NCBI GenBank assembly: GCA_964490075.1
Contig: CAZBBK010000002.1
Coordinates: 1-50,104, forward strand
Source of the DNA: an uncultured Gemmatimonadota bacterium
GTDB lineage: Bacteria > GCA-2686955
Direction of reading: 5' to 3'
DNA length: 50,104 nt
Shown here: positions 1-9,325 of the stretch, piece by piece
Layout of the letters: each line of letters begins with the position of its first letter
Numbering within the stretch: the first letter of the stretch is position 1
Program-made: the position numbers and the translations under genes
The notes under the pieces: generated by a model
Told to the model about the DNA's origin: nothing
What the model saw: only the letters and a program-made list of their open reading frames with translations
Databases searched by the model: none

Positions 1-177
1 GATGCGCAAGCAGGCGGCACTGCGTCAAGCCCATCGCCACGATACCGAGTAAGTTGGTTCGCTTCGCGCCCGACCGCGCGCCGCGCTCGCGGACTTTCCA
101 CTCGAAAAACGCCCGCCGTGTTGAGGTAGACTCGGCATATCGATGCTTCAACCCCCATCCCTGGAGTCAATCAAGCG

Positions 178-444
178 ATGATCGTCGATGAGCTCACGGT
201 TCTGAACCCGCTCGGGGTGCACCTGCGCCCGGCCGGCAAGATCGTGAGGCTCTGCTCTTCATTCCGCTCCGATATCTACCTGGTCCGCGACGGCCAGGAG
301 GCGAACGCGAAGAGCATTCTCGGGGTGATCGCCTTGGCCGCCGATCAGGGATCGAAGATCGGGCTGCGCATCGACGGAGAAGACGAATACGAGGCGGTGA
401 CCGCGCTCAAGAAGCTCTTCGAAGACAGGTTCGGGGAGGAGTAG
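178..444 (+). CDS. ptsH: PTS phosphocarrier protein HPr
   Basis: 88 aa with GVHLRPA (His15 motif) and NAKSILG (Ser46 motif); ends 2 nt before Enzyme I. Confidence 0.95.
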   Translation: MIVDELTVLNPLGVHLRPAGKIVRLCSSFRSDIYLVRDGQEANAKSILGVIALAADQGSKIGLRIDGEDEYEAVTALKKLFEDRFGEE

Positions 445-446
445 CG

Positions 447-2195
447 ATGTCGCTGCGGATCGAGGGCATTGCCGCGTCATCAGGGGTGGCGATCGGGCCA
501 GTGGTGGTGGTGCTGGGGCGCCGCGGCAAGGTGGCGCGCAGCCAGGTGGCGCCGGAGCGGATCGACGCCGAGATCGATCGATTCCATCGCGCCCGGGCCG
601 AGACCCGAAAGCACCTCGAAGCGATCCGCGATCAGGTCGCATCCGATGTCGGACCGGAGTACGCCGGCATCATCGAGGCCCACATCCTGGTCCTCGACGA
701 TCCGGTGCTCATCGAAGACACCTTGCGCCGGGTGCGCGAGCGCCGCGAGATCGCCGAGTACGCCTACGCCCGCGTCACCAGGCAGATCATCAAGAACTTC
801 GAGGCCCTCGACGACCCCTACTTCAAAGAGCGCTCCACCGATGTGCTCGACGTGCGGGAACGGGTGCTCCACGAGCTGCTCGGGCTCACCCCGCCCGATC
901 TGGCGGAGCTCGGCCAGCCGGCGATCGTGGTCGCCGAGCAGCTCACACCCTCCACCACCCTGACGCTGCCCCGAGACCGGGTCCTCGGCTTCGCCACCGC
1001 CCGCGGCGGCAAGGGGGCCCACGCCGCGCTGCTGGCCCGCTCGATGGAGATCCCGGCGGTGGTGGGGGTGCGCGGATTGATGGACGAGGTCGAGGCCGGG
1101 ATGACCCTGGCGATCGACGGCCACGAGGGCGTGGTGGTGATCGACCCGGACTCCGCCGAAAGGCGCCAGTTCGCGGAGCGCAGAACCCGCTTCCAGGCCT
1201 TCGTGCGGGGGTTGGAGGCGCTGCGCGACCACGATGCCGAGACCCAGGACGGGCACCAGGTGCAGCTCGCCGCCAACATCGAGTATCCCGAAGAGGTGGA
1301 CTCGGTCCTGTCCCACGGCGCGCGCGGAATCGGTCTCTATCGCACCGAGTTTCTGCTCCTCAAGTCGGGCGCGAGCCGGCTCCAGAACGAGGAGATGCAG
1401 TACCAGAGCTACGTCGAGGTGGCGCGCGCGATTCACCCCGATCCGGTGGTGATCCGCACCTTCGACATGGGCGGCGACAAGCTCCTGGACAATCCCTACG
1501 GTCCCGAGGACAATCCCTTCCTCGGCTACCGCGCGATCCGCTTCTGTCTCGGCAACGAGGGGATGTTCCGCACCCAGCTCCGAGCCCTGCTGCGCGCCGC
1601 GGCGCTGGGCAATGTCCACATCCTGCTGCCGATGATCAGCTGCCTGCAGGAGGTCCGCCGCGCCAAGGAGATCCTGGTGTCGGTCAAGCAGGAGCTGAAC
1701 CAGGAGGGGGTGGAGATCGCCCAGGATCCGCCGGTCGGAGTGATGATCGAGGTCCCCTCGGCGGCGCTTTGCGCCGAGATGCTGGCCCAGGAGGTCGACT
1801 TCTTCTCGGTCGGCACCAACGATTTGACGCAGTACACCATCGCCGTCGACCGCAACAACGCGCTGGTCGACTACCTCTATCAGCCGTTGCATCCGGGAGT
1901 GCTGCGGCTCTTGCGGATGGTGGTCGAAGCCGGGCGGCGCCACGCACGGCCGGTGGGAATCTGCGGGGAGCTGGCGGGTGATCCCTTGGCGACGCTGGTC
2001 CTGCTCGGTATGGGCTTCGATTCGCTCTCCACCAATCTGATGGTGCTGCCCGAGATCAAGAAGGTGATCCGCTCGGTGACGCTCGAAGAGGCGCGAGAGG
2101 TTGCCGGGAAGGTCGGTCGGCTCGGCTGCGCGCTCGATATCCAGGGCTATCTGAAGGAGCTGGCGGAGGAGCGCTTTCCCTGGCTCGAAATCTAG
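447..2195 (+). CDS. ptsI: Phosphoenolpyruvate-protein phosphotransferase (PTS Enzyme I)
   Basis: 582 aa; GIGLYRTEF, RTFDMGGDK, NPFLGYRAIR, GVMIEVPSA, FFSVGTNDLTQY and ICGELAGD motifs; phospho-His in GGKGAHAA. Confidence 0.96.
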   Translation: MSLRIEGIAASSGVAIGPVVVVLGRRGKVARSQVAPERIDAEIDRFHRARAETRKHLEAIRDQVASDVGPEYAGIIEAHILVLDDPVLIEDTLRRVRERREIAEYAYARVTRQIIKNFEALDDPYFKERSTDVLDVRERVLHELLGLTPPDLAELGQPAIVVAEQLTPSTTLTLPRDRVLGFATARGGKGAHAALLARSMEIPAVVGVRGLMDEVEAGMTLAIDGHEGVVVIDPDSAERRQFAERRTRFQAFVRGLEALRDHDAETQDGHQVQLAANIEYPEEVDSVLSHGARGIGLYRTEFLLLKSGASRLQNEEMQYQSYVEVARAIHPDPVVIRTFDMGGDKLLDNPYGPEDNPFLGYRAIRFCLGNEGMFRTQLRALLRAAALGNVHILLPMISCLQEVRRAKEILVSVKQELNQEGVEIAQDPPVGVMIEVPSAALCAEMLAQEVDFFSVGTNDLTQYTIAVDRNNALVDYLYQPLHPGVLRLLRMVVEAGRRHARPVGICGELAGDPLATLVLLGMGFDSLSTNLMVLPEIKKVIRSVTLEEAREVAGKVGRLGCALDIQGYLKELAEERFPWLEI

Positions 2196-2213
2196 CCGGC
2201 CTTTCTGACCGGG

Positions 2214-2222
2214 TGCTAGACT
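2214..2222 (+). promoter_or_regulatory. Candidate extended -10 promoter for metK
   Basis: TG-C-TAGACT in the ptsI-metK spacer. Confidence 0.3.
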
Positions 2223-2346
2223 TCATGTTTCGTTTACTCAACCTGGTCCCGGGGCCCCACTCGTACGCGGATGGACGCGGAGGATCAGGAGTCGCAACCT
2301 CGTAGCCTCAAGTGGTCCATGCCCTGAGCGCGGAGGACCTCGTCCT

Positions 2347-3501
2347 ATGTCTCGCCCTTTTCTCTTCACATCCGAGTCCGTCACCGAGGGTCACCCCGAC
2401 AAGATCGCCGACCAGATCTCCGATGGAGTGCTCGATGCCACGCTCGAGCAGGATTCGCTGAGCCGGGTCGCCTGCGAGACCATGGTCACCACCGGCATGG
2501 TGCTGGTGTCGGGAGAGATCACGACCGGCGCCTATGTCGACATCCCCGCCGTGGTGCGGGAGACGATCCGCGAGATCGGCTATATCGATGCCGAAATGGG
2601 CTTCGACTACAACACCTGCGCCGTGCTCACGGCGATCGACGAGCAGTCCCCCGACATCGCCATGGGCGTGGATCGCGAGGGGGCGGGCGACCAGGGGCTG
2701 ATGTTCGGCTACGCGACCAAAGAGACCGAAGACCTGATGCCGCTGCCGATCGCCCTCGCCCATCGCCTCGGGCAGCGCCTCTCCCTGGTCCGTCGAGAAG
2801 GGCTCCTGCCCTACCTGCGACCCGATGGCAAGACGCAGGTCACGGTGGAGTACGAAGGGCACACGCCGCGCCGCATCGACACCGTGGTGGTATCGACCCA
2901 GCATTCGGACGAGGTGAGCACCGAGCAATTACGACACGATATCGTCGAGCAGGTCATCGCGCCGGTGCTGCCCAGCGCGCTGGCGGCCGAGGGCCAGGTG
3001 ATCATGCACATCAATCCGACCGGGCGCTTCGTGCAGGGGGGACCGCACGCCGACTGCGGCCTGACCGGTCGCAAGATCATCGTCGATACCTACGGCGGCT
3101 CGGGGCGCCACGGCGGCGGCGCCTTCTCGGGCAAGGACCCGACCAAGGTCGATCGCTCCGCCAGCTACGCCGCCCGCCATGCGGCCAAGAACCTGGTCGC
3201 CGCGAATCTGGCCGAGCGCGCCGAGGTGCAGCTCGCCTATGCCATCGGCGTCGCCGAGCCGGTTTCGATTCGGGTCGATTCCTTCGGCACCGGGCAGCTC
3301 GACGATGCACACCTCACCCAGGTGGTACGCGAATGTCTCGACCTGACGCCGCAGGGGATCATCAAGCGCCTCGATCTGCTGCGCCCGATCTACCAGCGCA
3401 CCGCAGCCTACGGCCACTTCGGCCGCGACGGTTTCCCCTGGGAGGAGACCGAGCAGACCGCCGAGCTGCTGCGCTCCGCCGCCGGCAAGCTCCGGTCCTG
3501 A
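2347..3501 (+). CDS. metK: S-adenosylmethionine synthetase
   Basis: [41 protein letters not shown] and YGHFGR motifs; GGAGG RBS upstream. Confidence 0.98.
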   Translation: MSRPFLFTSESVTEGHPDKIADQISDGVLDATLEQDSLSRVACETMVTTGMVLVSGEITTGAYVDIPAVVRETIREIGYIDAEMGFDYNTCAVLTAIDEQSPDIAMGVDREGAGDQGLMFGYATKETEDLMPLPIALAHRLGQRLSLVRREGLLPYLRPDGKTQVTVEYEGHTPRRIDTVVVSTQHSDEVSTEQLRHDIVEQVIAPVLPSALAAEGQVIMHINPTGRFVQGGPHADCGLTGRKIIVDTYGGSGRHGGGAFSGKDPTKVDRSASYAARHAAKNLVAANLAERAEVQLAYAIGVAEPVSIRVDSFGTGQLDDAHLTQVVRECLDLTPQGIIKRLDLLRPIYQRTAAYGHFGRDGFPWEETEQTAELLRSAAGKLRS

Positions 3502-3510
3502 GCGGCCGCC

Positions 3511-3876
3511 ATGAATGAGACGATCCAGGCGATCCGCGGCCATTTCGAGGCCCACCCGGCCAGGCTGATACCGGTCGCCATCGCCGCGACCCTGATCACC
3601 CTCTCGCTCACCAAGCGCTGGCAACCGCCCGCGCTGCGCCGCGTGACCGAGACCATCCAGCATGGGGCGGAGTGGCTGGTGCGGCGCCTGGCGGCGGTGA
3701 TCACCGCGATCGTGCTGACCTTCGGCTACGTCGTGGCGATCTCGCCCATCGCGCTGTACTGGAAAATCGCGCGCAAAGACCCGCTGCGGCGCCGTTTTCC
3801 CGGCGCCGGCACCCTCTGGAGCACGCACGAGGGCAGCCCCATCGACCCGGCGCAACGCGCGCGGAGGCAGTTCTGA
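3511..3876 (+). CDS. SxtJ-like small membrane protein
   Basis: 121 aa, two hydrophobic segments, KDPLRRR..W..RQF C-terminus typical of SxtJ-family proteins; ends 3 nt before a carbamoyltransferase. Confidence 0.7.
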   Translation: MNETIQAIRGHFEAHPARLIPVAIAATLITLSLTKRWQPPALRRVTETIQHGAEWLVRRLAAVITAIVLTFGYVVAISPIALYWKIARKDPLRRRFPGAGTLWSTHEGSPIDPAQRARRQF

Positions 3877-3879
3877 GCC

Positions 3880-5616
3880 ATGTACATCCTTGGCATCTCC
3901 TGCTACTACCACGACGCCGCGGCCTGCCTGATCCGCGACGGAAAAATTGTCGCCGCCGCCTCCGAGGAGCGCTTCACGCGCAAGAAAGCCGATCCCGCGT
4001 TCCCCCACAACGCGGTGCGCTATGTGCTCGACGCCGCCGGGATCAGCGCTCAGGAGCTCTCGGCGGTCGGCTTCTACGACAAGCCCTTCTTGAAGTTCGA
4101 ACGGATTCTCACCACCTACCTCGACACCTTTCCGCGCGGCTTCCTGTCCTTCTGCAAGGCGATGCCGATCTGGCTCAAGCAGAAGCTGTGGATTCCCCAA
4201 GAGATCCGCCGTGAGCTCGGCTGGAAGAAGGATGTGCTCTTCGCGGAGCACCACATGAGCCACGCCTGCTCCTCCTTCCTCTGTTCTCCCTTCGACGAGG
4301 CCGCCGTGCTGACGGTCGACGGCGTCGGTGAGTGGGCGACCGCGACCTTCGGCATCGGCAAGGGGGGGGAGGTGGAGATTTTCAAGGAGATCCGCTTTCC
4401 TCATTCGCTGGGCCTGCTGTACTCGGCCTTCACCTACTACCTGGGCTTCAAGGTCAACAGTGCCGAGTACAAGGTGATGGGGTTGGCGCCCTACGGAAAT
4501 CCGCGCTACGCCGATCTGGTCCGAGAGCTGATCGTTATCCGGGACGACGGCAGCTTCGCGCTCGATATGCGCTACTTCGAGTACGACTGGAACCTGCGCA
4601 TGCTGGGGCGCAAGTTCGAGGAACACTTCGGCCAACCCCGGCGCTTGCCCGAGACCCCGCTCGAGCAGTTCCACAAGGACATCGCGGCGTCGCTTCAGGT
4701 GGTAACCGAAGAAGCGATGCTGAAAATGTGTCTGTATCTGCACGAGAAGACCGGCCAGCGCAATCTGTGCCTGGCAGGCGGCGTCGCACTGAACTGTGTC
4801 GCCAATGGGCGGATCCTGCGCGAGACACCCTTCGAGGGGATCTACATCCAACCGGCGGCGGGCGACGCCGGCGGAGCGGTGGGTGTCGCGTACTACATCT
4901 GGAATTCGTTGCTCAAGAAAGACCGCTCGGAGCCGGTGCGAGCACCCTACTTCGGTCCGGACTACACCGACGACGAGATCCAGGCGATGCTCGACGCCCA
5001 GGGCGCGGTCTATCGTCGTCTCGATCGCGAGCAGCTGATCGCAACCACCGCCGAGCTGATCGAAGCGGGCAAGGTGGTGGGCTGGTTCCAGGGGCGCATG
5101 GAGTTCGGCCCGCGCGCGCTGGGCAATCGATCGATTCTGGGCGACGCACGCGACCCCAAGATGCAGAGCACCATCAACCTGGCCATCAAGTTCCGTGAGA
5201 GCTTCCGGCCCTTCGCCCCCTCGGTGCTCGAGGAGCGCTGCGCGGACTGGTTCGAGCTCGACGAACCGAGCCCCCATATGTTGCTGGTGGCGCAGGTGCG
5301 CGAGGACAGGCGCACCATTCCCGCCGTGACCCACGTCGACGGATCGGCGCGAATTCAGACCGTGGCCCGGCACGACAACCCGCTCTACTACGACCTGATC
5401 GAGGAGTTCGAGCGGCGCACCGGCTGCCCGGTGATCATCAATACCAGCTTCAACGTGCGCGGCGAGCCGATCGTCTGCACGCCGGAAGACGCCTATCGCT
5501 GCTTCCGGCGCACCCACATGGAGCGCCTCTGTATCGGCTCCTTCGTGCTGGCCAAGGAAGAGCAGCCGGAGTTCGAGGACAGCGTCGACTGGCGCGAGGA
5601 GTTCGAGCTGGATTGA
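3880..5616 (+). CDS. O-carbamoyltransferase, NodU/CmcH (SxtI-like) family
   Basis: ILGISCYYHDAAA, EERFTRKK, EHHMSHA, EYKVMGLAPYG, GGVALNCVANG, EFGPRALGNRSIL, KFRESFRPFAP and NTSFNVRGEP motifs. Confidence 0.95.
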   Translation: MYILGISCYYHDAAACLIRDGKIVAAASEERFTRKKADPAFPHNAVRYVLDAAGISAQELSAVGFYDKPFLKFERILTTYLDTFPRGFLSFCKAMPIWLKQKLWIPQEIRRELGWKKDVLFAEHHMSHACSSFLCSPFDEAAVLTVDGVGEWATATFGIGKGGEVEIFKEIRFPHSLGLLYSAFTYYLGFKVNSAEYKVMGLAPYGNPRYADLVRELIVIRDDGSFALDMRYFEYDWNLRMLGRKFEEHFGQPRRLPETPLEQFHKDIAASLQVVTEEAMLKMCLYLHEKTGQRNLCLAGGVALNCVANGRILRETPFEGIYIQPAAGDAGGAVGVAYYIWNSLLKKDRSEPVRAPYFGPDYTDDEIQAMLDAQGAVYRRLDREQLIATTAELIEAGKVVGWFQGRMEFGPRALGNRSILGDARDPKMQSTINLAIKFRESFRPFAPSVLEERCADWFELDEPSPHMLLVAQVREDRRTIPAVTHVDGSARIQTVARHDNPLYYDLIEEFERRTGCPVIINTSFNVRGEPIVCTPEDAYRCFRRTHMERLCIGSFVLAKEEQPEFEDSVDWREEFELD

Positions 5617-5628
5617 ACCGGAGCGCCC

Positions 5629-6165
5629 TCAGAGCAGCTCCTCGATCGAAAACACCGAGGTCAGGGAGAGCCCGGCCTCCTCGATCTTCTCCCGCCCGCC
5701 CTGGGCGCGATCGACCAGCGCCAGCACGCCGGCGATCCGCGCCTCTTCCTGGCGCAGCGCCGCTACAGCGCGCAGCGCCGATCCACCGGTGGTGACGACG
5801 TCCTCGATCACCAGGACCCGGTCGCCGGGCTCGAAGCTGCCCTCGATGCGCCTGCCGCGACCGTGCTCCTTGGCGCTCTTGCGCACGGTGAAGCAGCGCA
5901 GCGCGCGGCCGGCCTGGTGGGAAGCCAGAGCCACGGCGAGGGCGATCGGGTCGGCCCCCAGCGTGAGGCCGCCGAGCGAGTCGATCGGCGCCGGCCAGGC
6001 GGCCACCATCGGCTCCAGCACGCGGCCGATCAGCCACGCGCCCCGCGGGTGGATCGTGGTTCTTCGACAGTCGACGTAGTAGCTGCTGTGCTCCCCGCTG
6101 GCCAGTACGAAGCTGCCGCGGGCCACGGAGCGGTCGATGAGCAGTTGGCGGAGTCGCTCCCGCAT
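5629..6165 (-). CDS. pyrE: Orotate phosphoribosyltransferase
   Basis: GSFVLASG..S.YYVD, RKSAKEHG and PRPP-binding VIEDVVTTGGS; start moved to the ATG at 6165, which follows a GGAGG RBS. Confidence 0.95.
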   Translation of the reverse strand: MRERLRQLLIDRSVARGSFVLASGEHSSYYVDCRRTTIHPRGAWLIGRVLEPMVAAWPAPIDSLGGLTLGADPIALAVALASHQAGRALRCFTVRKSAKEHGRGRRIEGSFEPGDRVLVIEDVVTTGGSALRAVAALRQEEARIAGVLALVDRAQGGREKIEEAGLSLTSVFSIEELL

Positions 6166-6288
6166 CGGGCCTCCTGGTCGGGCGATCGCTGAAGAGTATG
6201 CCGGATCGGTCGATCTTCGGAATGAAGAGCGGCGCGCCATCGATCGAGTTCGTCCCTGCGCCGCGTCAAGCGAACCCGGGGATTCTCC

Positions 6289-6615
6289 GTGAGCCACGCT
6301 GAACAGATCGCGCCCTTGATCGACCTGCTCTTCTACACTCTGGCCTTCCTGGCGGCCACTCCGCTCTTGAAGCTCGGCTTCGACGTGCTGAACGCGGCAC
6401 GGACGCCGCGGGCGGCCGATCCGGCGCCGGAGATCGAGGCCTGGCGCAAGGAGGCCGAGCAGGTCATGGCCCGGGCGTCGATCGTTCCGCTGCGACGCAA
6501 GCGCCGCGCGCGGCCCGCGGAGATGCCGGCACGCAAGCGCCGCGCGGAGGACGGGGAGCGGCGCGAAGCGGAGCCCGAGCAGGTCCCGTCGGTGGCGGCC
6601 GCGGTGGGTCCCTAG
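6289..6615 (+). CDS. Hypothetical small membrane-anchored protein
   Basis: GTG start, N-terminal hydrophobic helix and charged tail; fills the gap between pyrE and comEC. Confidence 0.45.
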   Translation: MSHAEQIAPLIDLLFYTLAFLAATPLLKLGFDVLNAARTPRAADPAPEIEAWRKEAEQVMARASIVPLRRKRRARPAEMPARKRRAEDGERREAEPEQVPSVAAAVGP

Positions 6616-6724
6616 CCGACCCAGGGGGATCGAGAATCGACCCCATGGGTGCGGACGCCGCGGGCGGCGCTACCACCCCTGAAGGTCCGCGGCAGCGGCA
6701 CGCAGCTTGCGCCGAGCGCCGGCC

Positions 6725-9325
6725 GTGCACGCTTATCCCGCGCTTCGCCTGGCCGCCTGGATCTACGCCGGCTACCTGATCTCCTGGGCTTTGCCGCCGC
6801 TGCGGGTGCTTCCCTGGCTGACTCTCGGCGCCGGCGCCCTCCTGCTGATCGCCGAGACGCGCGCCCGCGCCCCTCGGTGCGGCGCGCCCCGCCTCGCCCC
6901 GCTGCTCGCCGCGCTGGCAATCGGGCTCTTCTGCTCCCCGGCGCCGAGCGCCGCTCCGACGCCCGCGGAGGCCCCGAGCTCCTGCGAGCTTTGCGTGTGG
7001 ATCACCGGCGGCCGGCAGGGGGTAGGCGCCCACGAGGGCGCGAAGCTGCGCCTGACGCCGGGACGAGGCGTGGAGCTGCCGGCGGTGGGCGAGTGTGTGC
7101 GCCTCGCGGGCGAGCTTCGACCGGCTGGCCGCATCCGCAATTTCCGGCCCGGCCTGGCGCAGGTCGGGGCGGCGGGGCGCGTGGCGGCGCGCCACCGGGG
7201 GGCGTTGCTGATCGTCGAGACGATCTCGCCGCCCTGCGAATCCGAGCACCCGATGCCCTGGGGGCTGGGCGTTCGCCGCCGCCTGACGCAAGCGGTCGCC
7301 GGCTCGAGCGATCCCTTCGGCCTGTTCCGGGCCCTGCTCCTGGCCGATCGTTCGGCGCTCGATCCGATCTTCTACGACACCATGCGTCGCGCCGGCCTGG
7401 CGCATGTGCTGGCCCTCTCGGGCCTCCACATCGGCTTCGTCGCGGCGGTCGTCGTCACCCTGCTCTCGCGCCTGTCGCGGCGCAGCGCGTCGCTGGCGCT
7501 CGCCCTCTGCCTGGGCGCCTTGCCGCTGGTGGTCGGCGGCGCGCCTTCGATCGTCCGCTCCTGCAGCGCCGCCGGCGCCTGGGCGCTGGCGTGCGCATTG
7601 GGGCGCCGCGCGGCGGCGCTGAACGTGCTCGCGATCGCTGCGCTGATCATCCTCTTCAGCGATTCCACGGCGCCCTGTCAGGCCGGCTTCCAGCTCTCCT
7701 TCGCCGCCACCGCGGCGATCCTGCTCTGCGGCGCCCGCCCTCGCCGCGGGATCGCCGCGGCGCTGCGCGGCGCCCTGCGCATCGGTCTCGCTGCCCAGCT
7801 CGGGACATGGCCGCTGGTCGCCCACCATTTCGGCGCCATAGCGCTCTGGTCGCCGCTCAGCGGCCTGGCGGGAATCCCGCTGACCGCGGGCCTCCTCGTG
7901 GTGCTGCTCTGCGGCCTCCCGGGCGCGCTCTGGGAGGGGCGGATCGGCACCGAAGTGGAGGTACTGGGGGGATGGTGCGCAACCGGGCTCTGGTGGCTGA
8001 GCCGCTGGATCGCCGACTGGCCGGCCGCGCTGGTCGACGCACCGGCGCTCTCACTGCCGGCGGCCCTGGCCCTGGCCGGCGCCGCGTGTGCGCTGATTCA
8101 CGCCGCGGCATGCGGGCGGCGCCGAACGGTGGCGCTGGCGGCGGCCCTGGCGCTGCTGGGCATCGGGCCCGAGCTGGCTCGCGTCCGGCGGGCGCCGCGT
8201 TTCCGCGTGCTGGTCGGCGATGTGGGGCAGGGGCTGGCGGTGTGGATCGGCTTCCCCGACGGTCGCTCGCTGCTCTACGACGCGGGCCCTCCGGGCTACC
8301 GCGGCGAGCCTCCGGTGTCCTATGCCATCGATCGCTGCGTGGGCAGGGCCGCGAACGAGATCCTGGTCGTCTCGCACGCCCACGCCGACCACGACGGCGG
8401 CGTGGGATGGACGGCCGCCGCACGCGCGCCACGCGCTCTGATCTACCCTGCCGGGCGCGACCGCAGCGAGCGAGCGATCGCCGCCGCCCGCGCCCTCGAT
8501 CTGCCCTCGATCCCGCTCGACCCCGGCGACGAGGCCGAGATGAGCGACTGGCACCTGCGCCGCCCGCCCGCCACCCCGCGGCGCTCCGTGAACGACGGCT
8601 CGATCGCGCTGTGGGCCGAGGGCGGTGGCCTTTCGGTCTTCGTGCCCGGCGATCTCGAACTGGCCGGGGAGCGGGCGCTGGCGCGGGCCGCGCCACTCCC
8701 GCGCTGCGATTTGCTGGTGCTGGGCCACCACGGCAGCCGCGGCTCGAGCGGCGCCGCGCTGCTCGACGCCGTGGCGCCGAAGCTGGCGATCGCCAGCGCC
8801 GGGCTGAACAACTCCTTCGGTCACCCGCACCAGGAGACGCTCGCCGAGCTCCGGCGGCGGGGCATCGCACTGCTCCGAACCGATCTCCAGGGCGCGCTCT
8901 TGATCGAGAGCGACGGCCGGCGCTGGTGGTGCCGGAGCGCCTCCGGGCGATCATGGAGCGGCAGGATCGACGAGCTCGGGCAGCGTGCGATCACCGGCGC
9001 CGCAAACAGAAATGGGGCGGGATCGCTTCACGCCGATCCCGCCCCGGTGTCCCCAGCTTCGCTCTCCTTCTGGGGCCAGCAGCGTGCCGCGTCGGCGCGG
9101 ACACGCGTCTACCATCCCGTGGGTGTGCCGCCGCCCCGCCGCTCACGCCGGGGCGCGGCCGCGTTCATTGGTCGCCGCCCTCCACGCGCACCGTCGGCTG
9201 CGCCTTGGCAAGCGCCTCCCGGTAGGCCTCGATCCGCTCCTCGGCGTCCAGGCGCCGTGCCCGCAGCCGCTCGAGCTCCTCCTCGAGCACCGCGTTCTCG
9301 CGCTGCTGATTGCGGATCTCCTTGA
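6725..9325 (+). CDS. comEC: ComEC/Rec2 DNA uptake protein (competence domain + metallo-beta-lactamase domain)
   Basis: GLAHVLALSGLHIG, GFQLSFAATA, DVGQG, SHAHADH, GHHGS and FGHPH..RTD motifs; start uncertain (TTG 6707 or GTG 6725); 3' tail overlaps the next gene. Confidence 0.85.
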   Translation: MHAYPALRLAAWIYAGYLISWALPPLRVLPWLTLGAGALLLIAETRARAPRCGAPRLAPLLAALAIGLFCSPAPSAAPTPAEAPSSCELCVWITGGRQGVGAHEGAKLRLTPGRGVELPAVGECVRLAGELRPAGRIRNFRPGLAQVGAAGRVAARHRGALLIVETISPPCESEHPMPWGLGVRRRLTQAVAGSSDPFGLFRALLLADRSALDPIFYDTMRRAGLAHVLALSGLHIGFVAAVVVTLLSRLSRRSASLALALCLGALPLVVGGAPSIVRSCSAAGAWALACALGRRAAALNVLAIAALIILFSDSTAPCQAGFQLSFAATAAILLCGARPRRGIAAALRGALRIGLAAQLGTWPLVAHHFGAIALWSPLSGLAGIPLTAGLLVVLLCGLPGALWEGRIGTEVEVLGGWCATGLWWLSRWIADWPAALVDAPALSLPAALALAGAACALIHAAACGRRRTVALAAALALLGIGPELARVRRAPRFRVLVGDVGQGLAVWIGFPDGRSLLYDAGPPGYRGEPPVSYAIDRCVGRAANEILVVSHAHADHDGGVGWTAAARAPRALIYPAGRDRSERAIAAARALDLPSIPLDPGDEAEMSDWHLRRPPATPRRSVNDGSIALWAEGGGLSVFVPGDLELAGERALARAAPLPRCDLLVLGHHGSRGSSGAALLDAVAPKLAIASAGLNNSFGHPHQETLAELRRRGIALLRTDLQGALLIESDGRRWWCRSASGRSWSGRIDELGQRAITGAANRNGAGSLHADPAPVSPASLSFWGQQRAASARTRVYHPVGVPPPRRSRRGAAAFIGRRPPRAPSAAPWQAPPGRPRSAPRRPGAVPAAARAPPRAPRSRAADCGSP

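Noticed and set aside
2225-2305. 26-aa [29 protein letters not shown] before metK
   Set aside because: No RBS, start only 2 nt after the putative -10 box, no Met-rich leader character
2280-2310. SRP (4.5S) RNA call
   Set aside because: The conserved AGCAG strand and the paired stem under the GNRA loop are not matched; kept only as an unassigned structure
3511-5616. Saxitoxin biosynthesis cluster
   Set aside because: Only sxtI/sxtJ-like genes are present; no sxtA, sxtG or other core genes
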